Of a stretch of DNA of 64,000 nt, positions 49,661 to 62,798 are shown piece by piece (within the stretch, counting starts at the first letter, position 1; each line of letters begins with the position of its first letter). This DNA comes from Mobula hypostoma (Eukaryota). A program made the position numbers and the translations under genes. Location of the stretch: assembly GCF_963921235.1 (NCBI RefSeq), contig NC_086097.1, positions 62,374,001 to 62,438,000 on the forward strand, read 5' to 3'. The notes below the pieces were generated by a model. That model ran no database searches and was not told the origin of the DNA. It saw nothing but the letters and a program-made list of their open reading frames with translations.

Positions 49661-51253
49661 CAGGTTTCCCCTGCCATCCGAAGGTAGAGCATTCCTATGA
49701 AACGGTTCGTAAGCCAGAATGTCGTAAAGCGAAGAAGCAATTACCATTTATTTCTATGGGAAAATATTGTGAGCATTTGCAGACCCAAAAATAACCTACG
49801 AAATCATGCCAAATAACACATAAAACCTAAAATAACGGTAACATATAGTAAAAGCAGGAATGATATGATAAATACATAGCTTATATAAAGTAGAAATACT
49901 TCTCCACAATCATTGCCTGAACTGTCCTCCATAGCGAAAATCTCACGCAAGTGCCGTGGCAAAAACATGGCGCAAGCGCTCTCCAGTAACCTTTAAGCTA
50001 TGAAGCTGCCAAATCATACCAAATAATATGTAAAAATACACAGACGATATAAAGTAGAAATAATGTATGTACTGTGTAGTATCACTTACCGGAATTGGGA
50101 AAGCGCAGAGCACACTGATGATGGTGTGCTAGGCTGAGTCGTCGCAGATTGGGGTGGTGCAGTGGCCCCCACCCTCCAGGCAGTGACCCGATACATTGCC
50201 GCGAAGCATGCAATGGTACAGTGGTAGCCGGAAGGCACACAGCACATCTTTAAGAAAAGAGGCAAAATAAACATGCCAATTAATTAGGTGCCGCCCGGCA
50301 CGTAATTGTCGGCCCAGATCAGTGCCGATTGTCGATTGCATCGCCTCTGATCTGGGCCGACAATTACGTGTCAGGTGGCACCTAATTAATTAGCATGTTT
50401 ATTTCAGCTTTTTTCTTAAAGATGTGCTGTGTGTCTCCCAGCTACTGCTGCATTCTCCGCGAATCGGTATGTATCCGCGGGTTGAGGTGGTGAGACACTG
50501 GGGTGTCATCTCATCATCTGTTTCCATTAGAGCAAGCAGCTCATCTTCTCCTATGACTACCCCCCTCGATGTCCAAGGTAGAGGTTCGTCGTCTGCTGTT
50601 GCTGATGTGGAAGGCTCGCTTGACTGCTTAGCCTCGTGCATTTTTCTATCATACAGTTCTTTGCAAGGGCTCAAACTATCTTGCAAATATCCCCTAAACC
50701 GACGTACCCTTTCAAAATTAAAGTCGTACTTTATCATTACTCATTCGGTTTTGATTGTTATCCTTTCCTCTTCCAATTGCATCAGCTCCTCATCTATCAG
50801 TTCTTGGTCATGGGATGCCAAAATCTCTTCAACATTATCTTCGTCAGCTTCCACAAACCAAACTCACTTAGTCCTTACTTCGTTCACCACGATCAAAATG
50901 CTTAATTATTCCTAGTTTTGCGCTAAGTGTAACACCTTTACGAGCTCTTTCAGGCTTTTCCAATACCTTTGAACTCATCTTGCTAACAGCTGCTCACAGG
51001 CATGTGTTTAAGCAATGCCAGCGAGAATGTAGTTCTGAATCTGGGGGAGAGTGGCTTCTCGGGGAGCACGCTGCCTTTTATCGCATGCTGATTTTTTTTG
51101 CGCGCTGCCTTTTATCACGCGCTGATTTTTTTCGCGAGCTGCTTTTTCGTAACAGTGAAAACACCTTCTGTTAGCGAAAACAGGGTACTAATGTAGGTCT
51201 TTCGTAACAGTGAGGTTTCATAAAGCGAACGTTTGAAAAGCGGGGGACACCTG
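49661..51253 (-). mobile_element. Tigger/pogo-type (Tc1/mariner) DNA transposon, internally deleted
   Basis: Imperfect TIRs CAGGTTTCCCCTGC and CAGGTGTCCCCCGC (reverse complement) with TA TSDs. Minus-strand transposase N-terminus (RARKGVTLSAKLGIIKHFDRG) is joined to the C-terminus (EEILASHDQELIDEELMQLEEE...KYDFNFERV); no DDE core. Confidence 0.88.
50224..50445. repeat. Long palindrome (~100-bp arms, ~24-nt loop)
   Basis: Arms at 50224-50322 and 50347-50445 are near-perfect reverse complements. Confidence 0.92.
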
Positions 51254-51954
51254 TAGTTAAACTTACTGTTCTGCTCACTTAGGTAGAATTAATTAGAGAA
51301 CAGAAGCAAGGGGCCATCCAGTTTTTGAAATAAGCCCTATCATACTTGCATCTGCTCGTAAGGATTAAATAAATTGCCCTGGTATTCATGATAAGAATGA
51401 AAATGAGGCCCTAGGCTTCAAATGTTACTTTGAAGCACATTGGACCGCAAGATTGCAGAAGGCACCACTAAGCATGGTAATCTTGACGTAACTTTCTGTC
51501 TCACCCTAATCGTCGTCAAGCCTCAGGATACTGGTACAGCACTAAGAAGTTGAAGGATACTGAAAAGTATAACAGGAATACTTCCCTTCTGATTGTGTAT
51601 ACTGAAGTGCACAGAGAATATTGTAGTTGGGTAATTTCAGGTTTAGGTGAGATTTCAATGCTGTTAAAGTACCTTTTTACAGTCAAACAATCTTACTCAC
51701 CCTGAAAATTTAATTTTACAACACTGGAGTATCAATGATTCAAATTTTAATGGAGAATTAGGAAATTAACAAATAGGTTTCTTTTCCTCTGCCCTGTTCG
51801 TAAATCCCACCTTTCTTTACCAATGTATTTTTTTTCTGCACACACTATATCAAACATTCTAACCTGTGCTTTGTGCTTTAAGCTCTCCAGCAACAGCCTG
51901 AGGATGATGAGGCAGGAGGAGAAGCAAGAAATTCCTTGGTGTCCACATTTCCGA

Positions 51955-52600
51955 GGATCTCACCTGGTCCCTGAACTCCTCCATCCTGATCAAAAAGACA
52001 CAACAGCGCCTTTATTTCCTACGGAGAATGAAGAAAGCTCACCTCTGTCCCAGGATACTGACGGACTTTTACCACTGTACCATTGAGAGCATACTCACCA
52101 ACTGCATCTCAGTATGATATGGCAATTGTCCTGTATTGGACCGCAAAGCACTCTAGCCGGTGGTGAAAACTGCCCAGCGGATTATCGACACCCAATTGCC
52201 CACTATTGAGAACATCTACCATAAACACTGCCTGAGCAGGGCGACAAGCATTATCAGGGATGCATCTCACCCTAATCATGGACTTTTTACTCTCCTCCCA
52301 TCTGGTAGGTGCTACAGGAGCCTCCGCTCCCGCACCAGCAGGCACAGGAAGAGCTCCTTCCCTGAGGCTGTGAACCTGCTGAACCTCACATCACAGCGCT
52401 AAGCAGTATTGCATCCGTTTTGTACTGTCTCAGTACTTTTATATTTGTGTGCTGTAGAACTTTTTTAATTCGCAGTTATTTTGTAAGTAACACTATTCTT
52501 TGCATTTCTGGTCAGATGTTAAATGCATTTCATTGGCTTTGTATCTGTACTCAGCACAATGACAATAAAGTTGAATCTAATCTAATCTAAACTAATCTAA
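51955..52600 (+). mobile_element. Rex1/Babar-type LINE 3' fragment
   Basis: KKTQQRLYFLRRMKK...FYHCTIESILTNCI, LLPSGRCYRSLRSRT; tail aataaagttg(AATCT)n. Confidence 0.88.
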
Positions 52601-52871
52601 GTAGTTTTGCCAGAACCCCTTTAAAAAGCTCACCTTAAACCTTCTTGCTTTTGAAACCCTTAACTTGGGGATAAGAATCTCACTACCTCATCTTTCTATT
52701 CAGGAGTTTGATGGTATAGCTGCCGCTTTCTGTGCAGCAGATCTGTTAATTTTGTGTGAGGGAGGGGTTAGGCGGTTTGGGATTTGCGAGTTTTTGTTTC
52801 TTTTACTTTTGTGCGGGGGTGGGGTTGATGTCTTTTCTTCCAATGATTTTTTCAAGTTTTTTCTTTGTTTC

Positions 52872-53430
52872 CATAAGACCACAAGACCTTAAAATATAGG
52901 AGCAGGAATGGGCCATTTGGCCCATTGAATCTGCTTTGCCATTTCATCGTGGCTGATCCATTTTTCATCTTAGCCCCAATCTCTTGTCTTCTCCCCGTAT
53001 CCATTCATGCTCTGATCAATCAAGAAACTATCAACTTCTGCCTTAAATATACATGAAGACTTGACCTCCACAGCTGCCTTGGCAAAGAATTCCACAGATT
53101 CACCACTCTCCAGCTAAAGAAATTCCACTTCAGTTCCATTCTAAAAGGATGCCCCTCTGTTTTGAGGCAACGTCCCAGGTCTTTGACACTCCAACCATTG
53201 GAAACATCCTTTCCACAACCACTCAATCAGGGCCTTTCACCATTCGATATGTTTCAAATAGATCATGTCTCATTCTTCTATATTCCAGTGAATCGAGGCC
53301 CAGAGCCTTCAAACGCTCTTCATATAAAAAACTGTTTAATCCTGGAATAATTTTCTTGAATCTCTTTTAAGACCTCTTCAGTTCTAGCACATCCTTTCTG
53401 AGATAAGGGGCCTAAAATTGCACACAATAT
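52872..53430 (-). mobile_element. CR1 3' fragment
   Basis: EGHPFRMELKWNFFSWRVVNLWNSLP; tail cataagaccacaagacc on +. Confidence 0.85.
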
Positions 53431-54508
53431 AAATCTCAGAGTAGTATTTTGCATACATATTTTGATAATAAAATGAACCTTACAATTTAATTTGCTATTG
53501 TCAGAGCAGCTCTCAGCCTCCCTTGCTTCAGGGAAGCAGCGCCAGTTTATCCAGTCTCCCTAATCTGAACAACATCCTAATGAATCTCCTTTGTCCTTTC
53601 TCCTGCAGAGCCACAGTACAACAACCACAGCAGCTTACTTAAACACAGCAGATCACGGCCCAAGTTCAGCTTAACACTTTGAAGGAAGTTACTTGCTAAC
53701 AATAAGCCAGAAGCCAGCAGATGGATGAAGGTTACTTTGGTATTGAGCTGGGGGACATTTCTGAATTTCAGGAAGTGGCTGCCATTTCAAGAGGACAGCC
53801 TACCACTTAGCCCAGAATTTTCCACTGACTGAAGAGTTCTTTGGATTATGTGAGGCAGGATAATTTAAATCGTAAACCGAAGGGACTGAATTTCCCAGTT
53901 ATTGTTATGGAGAGACAGGGAACTGAGAGGTAAAATATCTAATCCACTTCTATTCCTTTCATTTGTTAATCCTTCCCAAACCTTAACTTCTATACTATGT
54001 AAAAAATCTTCCAATGAAAACAGATATCATATATCAGTAGTTCACACATGTGCAATGTTACTCTATCATGAGATTAAGAGATATGCCTTTTTAGATTAGA
54101 TGGAACTGATCACTTTTCATTAATATTTCTAAACAGTGCACTCTTCTTGATGAGAAAAGTGATCCAAACAGAGCAATAGTTAAAGCATCATCTTAAATTA
54201 CTGACCAGTGCACCAGCATATTTCATCAAAATACCAATACGTTCTGTATCATGAAACACCCTACATGTATATCATGCTATTTTTATAAGTTACAAAATCA
54301 TCAAGATTTATCTTGTTTGAATCGTCCATTGGGAATTTTGATACCCTTGGTTAGACCATTTGAGGACAATCTGCATAAAACATTCTAGTGGTAAAACCTA
54401 CAAAACCTTGAATCATGATGCTTCAGGATAGTTTAAAACCTTCTATAAGTTGTAATTGTCAACTGCTGCAAATTGCATAATGTGTAAAGTTAGTTTGTGC
54501 ATTAAGGG

Positions 54509-54806
54509 ACAGTGGCACGTGGCCAAGTGGTTAAGGCATTGGTCTAGTGATCTGAAGGTTGCTAGCTCGAGCCTCAGCTGAGGCAGCGTGTTGTGTCCTT
54601 GAGGAAGGCACTTAACCACACATTGCTCTGCGACGACACTGGTGCCAAGCTGTATTGGCCCTAGTGCCCTCCAACATCGGTGGCGTAGAGAAGGGAGACT
54701 TGCAGCATGGGCAACTGCCAGTCTTCCATACAACCTTGCCCAGGTCTGTGCCCGGGAGACATTCCAACGCACAAATCCATGGTCTCACGAGACTAACGGA
54801 TGCCTA
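54509..54806 (+). mobile_element. tRNA-derived SINE with CORE-like domain
   Basis: A box TGGCCAAGTGG, decayed B box, then GTCCTTGAGGAAGGCACTTAAC; flanked by duplicated TAAGGG(A)CAGTGG at 54503 and 54807. Confidence 0.75.
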
Positions 54807-55564
54807 TAAGGGCAGTGGTCAGGCAGTCATACAAAACTTGTAGTACCCCGTCTGTCCCATTACCTGAATTAAGCCCTCTGCTGCTCAAGCATAGATGTAG
54901 TGGAAGTTGGCAAGATATTTCACTGTAAGACACCTTCTGTTATCTCCCAAAACTTAACTTGGTGGGGAAAATCACTACAAGTGTGATAGATGAGAATTAT
55001 AACATTGATTTCAATGTCAATTATATCAATATTCTTTTACTAATTTGCCTTTCCCCCAATAAAAGTAATTTTAATATTTTGGAAATCTAAAATTCAGCTC
55101 CATTGATCGAAAAGAACAATGAAAGAGTCATCTGTTTATCAGCAAGAAGAATCTATACAATTCCAACAGAAATCAAGTATGGACATAGGAGTGGAAGTAG
55201 GCAAAAATTACCTACCAATGCAGCAACTCGGAGTTTTCAGATGTGCTATTTTACTACTGCCAAGAGCCTCTAATCTAACAGAAGATAAAATTTGACCTCG
55301 AGATCAACAAATAATGATCTGAATGGTTGCATCATCTGTTGTTAAAGCATATAAGACCAGAAAAATTACAAGTATAAACAGGCCATTCAGCCACAGAAGC
55401 TAGTTCTGTCATTCTATAGAATTATAGTTTATTCTGACTTTCCTCAAATTTATTTTCCTTCCTATTCTTGTAGCTTTTGATTCTATTTCAGATTAAAAAT
55501 CTACACCTATCTCAGTTTTGAACATATTTAAGAATTCAGTATTCACAGCTTTCTGGGATAAGAA

Positions 55565-57150
55565 TACAAGACCATAAGATACAGGAGAGGAACTAGGTCA
55601 TTTAGTCCATTGAGTCTGCTCCACCTTTTTATCATGGCTGATCTAAATTCCTGCCTTCTCTCCATATCCCTGCATGCCCCGATTAATCAAGAATCTATCA
55701 ACCTCTGCCTTAAATATCTAATGACTTGGCCTCCACAGCCATCTGTGGCAACAAATTCCACAGATTCATCATGCTCTGGCTGAAGAGATTCCTCCTCATC
55801 TCCATTTTAAAAGGACATCCCTCCATTCTTTATACTTTATACTTTATTGTCGCCAAACAATTGGTACTAGAATGTACAATCGTCACAGCGATATTTGATT
55901 CTGCGCTTCACACTCCCTGGATTACAAATATTAAAAATTAAAAATATTTAAAATAGTTAAAATTAGTAAATATTAAAAATTTAAATTATAAATCATAAAT
56001 AGAAAATAGAAAAATGGGAAGTAAGGCAGTGCAAAAAAACCGAGAGGCAGGTCTGGATATTTGGAGGGTACGGCCCAGATCCAGGTCAGGATCAGTTCAC
56101 AGTTTTATCACAGTTGGAAAGAAGCTGTTCCCAAATCTGGCCGTATGAGTCTTCAAGCTCCTGAATCTCCTCCCGGAGGGAAGAGGGACGAAAAGTCTGT
56201 TGGCTGGGTGCGTCGTGTCCTTGATTATCCTGGCAGCACTGCTCCGACAGCGTGCGGTGTAAAGTGAGTCCACGGATGGAAGATTGGTTTATGTGATGTG
56301 CTGTGCCGTGTTCACGCTCTTCTGCAGCTTCTTTCGGTCTTGGACAGGACAACTTCCATACCAGGTTGTGATACACCCTAGAAGAATGCTTTCTACGGTG
56401 CATCTATAAAAATTAATGAGGATTTTAGGGGACAGGCCAAATTTCTTTAGTTTTCTCAGGAAGTAAAGGCATTGGTGGGCCTTCTTGGCAGTGAACTCTG
56501 TTTGGTTGGACCAAGTCAGGTCATTCTGAGGCTGTATCATCTGGTCTTAGACTCCCCCACCACATGAAACATCCTTTCCACATGCAATCTATTGAAGTCT
56601 TTCAACATTTGATAGGTTTCAATGAGCTCACCCCTCATCCTTCTAAATTTCAGTGAACAGAGGCCCAGTGCCATCAAACGCTCATCATATGACAAGCCTT
56701 TCAATCTCAGAATCATATTTGTGAATCTCCTTTGAACCCTTTCCAATATCAGCACATCCTTTCTTAGATAAGAGGCCAAAAACTGCTTACAATACTCTAA
56801 GTGATCCCCTAAAATTACATCCTTGCTTTTATATTCTAGACCTGTCGAAATGAATGCTAACATCACATTTGCCTTCCTCACCTTCGACTCAACCTTCAAA
56901 TGAACCTCTGGGAATCCTGCGCAAGGACTCCCAAGTCCCTTTGCACCTCAGACTTTTCTATTTTCCCAACACTGTATTCCATCCTCAACTTCTTTGCCCA
57001 TTCACCTAAACTGTAGCCTCTGAGTCCTTTTGTGGTCTGTCCCCTTCCTGAAAATTACCTTCCCCTCCATCTACCTTAGTATCATCCACAGACTTGGCCA
57101 CAAAGCTATTAATTCTGTCATCCAAGTCATTGACATATAACATAAAAAGA
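55565..57150 (-). mobile_element. CR1 3' fragment split by a Rex/Babar insertion
   Basis: KANVMLAFISTGLEYKSKD...LKFRRMRGELIE; continuous across 55830-56527. Confidence 0.88.
55830..56521 (-). mobile_element. Rex1/Babar-type LINE 3' fragment
   Basis: NDLTWSNQTEFTAKKAHQCLYFLRKLKKFGLSPKILINFYRCTVESILLGCITTWYG; tail (TTATACT)n on +; TSD CATTCT at 55824-55829 and 56522-56527. Confidence 0.92.
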
Positions 57151-57569
57151 ATTTAAGAAAATATTTCATTAACCTTCCCAATTACCTACATGAAAATGTG
57201 TTTATCTGTTGAATCTTCCAGTCCAGATGGTGCTGGTGAACCTCTGTGACTTCTGGCTTGGGGCTAAAGAAACAAGGAAAGCAACTAAATACTTTGTTAA
57301 CCACACTTTTACTGGCAAACGATCATTGCAAACAATGGTCTGTAACTTCCTTTTGGACGTGGAGGCAATTCGTTGTGGCAGAACTGAGGTAAGGCAAGGT
57401 GACGGGTCTGTCACCAAGAGCAGGGAAGAGCTTGAAGGATCGAACTGAGGCTGCAGGGTCCAGGTGCCAGATGTGACTGAGCACGATCTGTGGATGGAGA
57501 TTTACAGGCTGAATCGAAATGGTGAAGTCCGGCATATCCAAGCAGCAGAACCTATTGTTCAGACAGTGA

Positions 57570-58226
57570 GCTCAAGAAGTCTAGAGTACAAGAGTGGGGA
57601 TATGATGCTGAGGCTTTATAAGACACAGCTGAGGCCTCACCTTGAATATTGTGAACAGTTTTGGGTTCCTCATCTAAGTAACAATGGGCTGGCTTTGGAA
57701 ATGCTTCAGAGTAGGTTCATAAAGATGATTCCGGGAATGAAAGGGTTGTCATATGAGGAATGAGGAATTTTTAATGGATCAGGGTCTGTGCTCGCTGGAA
57801 GTTAGAAGGATGAGGGGGAGATCTCATTGAAACCTTTTGAATGTTAAAAAACCGAGACAGAGTAGATGTTGCAAGTATGTTTCCCATGATGGAGGAGTCT
57901 AGGACAAGAGGGCATAGCCTCAGGATAGAGGGGCGTCCATTTAAAACAGAGATGCGAAGAAATTTCTTTAGCCAGAGGGTGTTGAATTTGTGGAATTTGT
58001 TACCACAGCGGGCTGTGGAGGCCAGGTCATTGAATGTATTTAAGGCAAAGCTTGATAGGTTCTTGATTGGACACGGCATCAAAGGTTGCAGGGAGAAGCT
58101 GGGGAATAGGCTGGGGAGTAGGCTGAGGAGAGGAAAAAAGGATCAGCCATAAATGAATGGTGGATCAGACTTTATTCGCCAAATAGCCCATTACTGCTCC
58201 TATGCTCCTATGTCTTATGGTCTTAA
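57570..58226 (+). mobile_element. CR1 3' fragment
   Basis: RPHLEYCEQFW...SRTRGHSLRIEGRPFKTEMRRNFFSQRV; tail ctatgtcttatggtctta. Confidence 0.9.
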
Positions 58227-58229
58227 GCA

Positions 58230-58735
58230 CTGGGCCAGATCAAAAAGGTCAGGATGTCAAGATAGGGGCTGGTTCAGATCACTGCTCGAAGCATCAGAAC
58301 CCAATGTTCAGATGGGGGTTTAAGCGCCAGACCGTGTTGCAAAGGTCAAGGTGTCGGAAAGGTCAGGGTTGGGGCTCGAGGCAAGGTACGGGCTGATTCA
58401 GAACGCTGCTCCATAACATTTGCTCGGCTCTGCACTGGACTATGGGACTCTCTTGCAACTTTGCTTCAGAAACACAATTTGCTGCTGTTACTGTTTACAT
58501 AATGCTTTCTTGTCATTGCACATTTAGTGTCTGACAATCTTTTTTATGAGTTATTTTATTCCTTTTTTTATGGACATGATACGTTTTTTAAATTCCCTGC
58601 ACATTAGGTGTTAAACAGTCTTCTTTCATATATATGGGGTTTGCTTTGGGTTTCTTTGTTTCATGTAAGGAGCTGAATCTCAAGGTTGTATAATGTATAC
58701 ATACTTTGTTAATAAATGTACATTGAACTTTCAAT
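58230..58735 (+). mobile_element. Unclassified retroposon 3' region
   Basis: Ends aatctcaaggttgtataatgtatacatactttgttaataaatgtacattgaacttt; similar ends occur at ~35230-35290 and ~53430-53485. Confidence 0.45.
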
Positions 58736-58849
58736 GTGTTTTGGTGTTGTGCCTATATCAACTGCCTGACACACTTTACACAGCATGAAATAATGGAACC
58801 ACTATCACTGGTTATTTCACTATTCATAGCTCTTTTTCAGAATTTTTAG

Positions 58850-59530
58850 ATTATGGTTTAGATTATGAGGACACTCAGTCCTCGTTTACTGTCATTTAGA
58901 AATGCATGCATTAAAAATGATACAATGTTCCTCCAGTATGATATCACAGAAACACAAGACAGACCAAAACTAAAACTGACAAAAACCATATAATTATAAC
59001 ACATAGTTACAACAGTGCAAAGCAATCCTGTAATTTGATAAGAGCAGACCATGGGCATGGTAAAAAAAAAGTCTCGACGTCCTGATAACCCCAACATCTC
59101 ACACAGACGGTAGAAGGGAGAAACTCTCCCTGCCATGGGCTTCCAGCGCCGCAAACTTGTCGATGCAGCATCCTGGAAGCACCCGACCACAATCTGACTC
59201 TGAGTCCGTCCAAAAACTTCATGCCTCCAACCAGCCCTCCGACACCGAGCACTGAACACCATCTCTGCCGAGGGCTTCGACCCCGGCCCCAGCCGCCAAG
59301 CAACAGGCAAAGCCAAGGATTCAGGGCCTTCCCCTCTGGAGATTCTGGATCGCACAATAGCAGCGGCAGCAAAACAGATATTTCAGAAGTTTCACCAGAT
59401 GTTCCTCCGTGCTCTCACATCTGCCTCCATCAAATCAGAATTGTGCACTGCATCCTACTTGATAGATAACAGATATTCATCACCGAAGAGGCCGCGCGTG
59501 CTGCATCGCGTCGCCATCTTCTCCTCCTCC
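58850..59530 (-). mobile_element. Non-autonomous, CpG-rich retroposon starting AAGATGGCG
   Basis: Minus strand starts ggaggagaagatggcgacgcg and ends ...cctcataatctaaaccataatctaa (short-repeat tail); no recognisable coding motifs. Confidence 0.55.
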
Positions 59531-61753
59531 CATCAGAGTTCCCAACAGAGCTACATTTTGTGACTTTCTTCCTCCTTGTACTGACATGAAACCACTCACA
59601 ACCCAAGGCTTAGTCATGTAGAGACAGATGTGTACATATCTAACAAGTCACTGCTTGTCATGCAGCTGTTCTGTGCTTTCTTTTGGGAGACATTTTTACA
59701 GTCTGACACTTTTTCCAGTGATCAGAGTTGGCAGCTGTGAACTTTTTGAACAGCTCCTGATGGGAACCACAAGGGTCCTTCATTAGATCATTGTTTGGCA
59801 TGCAAGCTGCCATAGCATTGTTTCTTATGTACTTCTATCCATTTCTATGGTCTTGCTAGAGAATTTAATTGGGTGTTAGCAAACTATTACTCATTTGTAA
59901 CAGTCCAAAAGTAGGTGATAATCAGTGTCCAGGCACATACCTCCCATGGTGTTGTCAAATAAAACTAACTTCCTTGTCACAATTTTGGATTAAACTAGCA
60001 TATGCACCAAGTGGAGCCACTTGGTGGAAAATGACTCCTCTGCATTAAGATATTTCACTGAAAATTAGTCACAACTTGCAAGATTCATGCATTTAAGCAC
60101 ACACATACCAAACCCAGGTCAAAGTTATAATTAATTCTAAATAACCATGGTTCAAGTGCATTGAGAAATAAATGGTACAGTATCTATTAATCATAAAAGC
60201 AGCAATACTTTAGGAAAATTTTCTGTCATAAATCTTGTCTTCCTTTTAACTGATCTTTTAATTTAATCGCCGAGCCCCCAAGGTAATGTGAAAATGTCAT
60301 AAACAAGACAAAGCTTGAACTGCTCAGAAGGAGGCATAAGAAAAATGAAAAGTGTGGTTCTCTGCAGTTAAATAATTGACTTCCATGACCTTGAAGAATC
60401 TGATCTGCCCGTTTTATACAGAGAATAATATCTGAGGGATTGCTATACTGCTGTTGGATTACATAACCTTTCGATCTGAAATAACCTTCTTGAGAAATGA
60501 ATGGTACTTCAACAATACTATAAAGGTGATCAACTAAATAATGCAATACAATTCTCTTTTAAATGTAGTTTAAAGCTATTTTGAGGAGGATATAGTAGAA
60601 CAAGGATATGAGACTTGAAACACTAGTGGAAATAAAACATGAAGTGACAGGGACAAAATATGAAATAAGTTCTTCTTAATGATGAACAGCTTGTCGGAAA
60701 ATCTGCTTTTGGAAATCACCTCATCTTCATAGAGTAACACCAGCATGAGTTAAAGTTAATCAACGTAGCAATGGTAAAATCACCCCTTTGTGGAGCTAGA
60801 GAGCCTCGATGTGCCTTAGCACCTCTAATGGAACTAGCACATCTGTGGAAGCACAATTTTGCATACCTCTGAATGTCCTTACCCAGTGTTCCCATTATGC
60901 ATTTGACCATATCTTCCCTGGCCTCATAGGTCCTCCCATCAGAATGCAAAGAAAACAATTGTTTATAACAAGCTGGTGTTCAGGCTTACATTGTTTGTGC
61001 TGTTTTTATTGGTACTGCTGAATATAGCAATATTTTTACAGTACAACCACAGAAGTAACTTCAGAAAAAGAACAAAAAATACTCAAAAGCACTCAGTGTT
61101 CATGGCATCAGCAATGGAGAAATAAATGCATTTCAGGAGGTAATTGAAGGTGGTTGAACATGAAAATAATCAGAACAAATAAAATATGTGAAGAGCATCA
61201 GAAAGAATAGCACAAAGTGGGGATTATCACAAACACTGAGAAGTTAAAGGAGTAGGGCAATGGCTTCAGATTTATCAGCAGTGTTCCAGGGGATCCAGCC
61301 CATCAGGTAATACAAACTCTCAGCATCTAGTAAAGCTCTGCTTCAGTATTTGAGTCCTATCCCACACACTGAGAATATTGCCTGTGTGACTTGGATTGAG
61401 TGCTATTCATCATTTGAGATAATATGCCAGTCCTGTGGTGTCATCAATCTCAGACAGTGGACATAGAAGGTTTATCCAGAATAGAACTGTACATACTTAA
61501 TTCTGTGTCATATTTAGCATGTAGCTTTCTGATAAAATTCATTGACATAGCACATGTAAATGTTGTGCTGCACATTATAATTTCCGGCCAACTAATAGAT
61601 CAGTAAGAATAATGTTGCTTCAGATGGCTATTCATTGATTTCTGCCTTCTACCTTCTATTTTTTATCTTAATTATTTAATCAATTCTCATACAGATTTCC
61701 TATTGTCCATTAAATAAAGCATGGCTCCAACAAACACTGGTTTAATGAAAATA

Positions 61754-62798
61754 TAATGGATTCTGTTAATTAGGACCCATTAGGACCAGTATATTTGGGC
61801 CTAATAAGCTGAAGTTTAAATAGTTAAAAAGATATAAAAAGCCAAATTACCATTTAACTGAATAACAGATGATGTATTTAAATGAAATACAGAACAAATT
61901 AGAATACTGCAACTACTACTAAAGTACTATAAAACTGTATATTAATTCCTAATGGTTATTGACAGAGGATTTCATCCAGTTTATGTTGCCATGTTCTTTT
62001 GATTGACTGTAAATGAACAAAATCTGTACAGATGCCTAGTGCAGGTAACAGACTGACTGCCTTCATACAATGCTATTGACTATTGCATCTTCCAAATCTT
62101 TATTTTCATTGTAACATTCAGGATGATTGCCAATACCTGCAAATTCGCTGGATTTCCTAACTTGTAGTGAAATCATTTCATTTTCACTCCCAGACATTTC
62201 TGTCATCTCCAAGTCTTAATGCTTGAAACCACAGTGAGCAAAACAGTTCTGAATTGTCATACTGTTTCTTTTTTGCCTACAAAGTTCTCTTCCTTTTGAA
62301 CAGAAACACAAACAGCTGACTCTATTTAAAAACTTTCTGTTCTGAGAATCGTCGTACACGTGCATGGAACTGATGATAATTAAAAATAGTTCAGCATCAG
62401 TCTCCTGTTCCAATTAAGCAGCATAGTTTCCCAAATAAACAAAGGGAAACCCAGCTATTTTCTTGATTAGTTTTCATTCACTAGATTTCTCCCAGTTAAG
62501 CAGCTGCTCTGATTTTCTGATGGCCCAGATAACCTAATACACTAATGTTACCAGACAGTGCACTCTTAACAGAGTGAGAGCGGGAGTTTGTAGGACGGGA
62601 GACAATATGGTGAAGTGGGGTGTAAAGACCAGCGAATCCTGTGAGTATAGCGAAAGGGTGCAGAACATTGAACACGTTCTGCGCAACTGCCCACTCTCAC
62701 CTGATTTAGTTAACACTGACCTGCTCAACATCAACCAAGCAACACTAGAGTGACTGGCTCTCTGGTGTGACAAGCTATGATGATGACCTAATCTACTG
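61754..62798. mobile_element. Old non-autonomous Tigger-like DNA transposon
   Basis: Left end TA/taatggattctgttaattagg; right end, after removing the Vingi insert, cccagataacctaatctactg/TA. The TIRs are decayed. Confidence 0.6.
62539..62785 (+). mobile_element. Vingi/Ingi-like non-LTR retrotransposon 3' fragment
   Basis: TLNRVRAGVCRTGDNMVKWG....CEYSERVQNIEHVLRNCP (decayed CCHC finger); (TGA)n tail; 7-bp TSD ACCTAAT at 62532-62538 and 62786-62792. Confidence 0.75.

Noticed and set aside
54509..54590. tRNA-like sequence
   Set aside because: It is a SINE head followed by a SINE body and flanked by a duplication; not a tRNA gene.
57202..57560. Short ORFs and a GAG/GTAAGG donor between CR1 fragments
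   Set aside because: No recognisable protein similarity or convincing acceptor.
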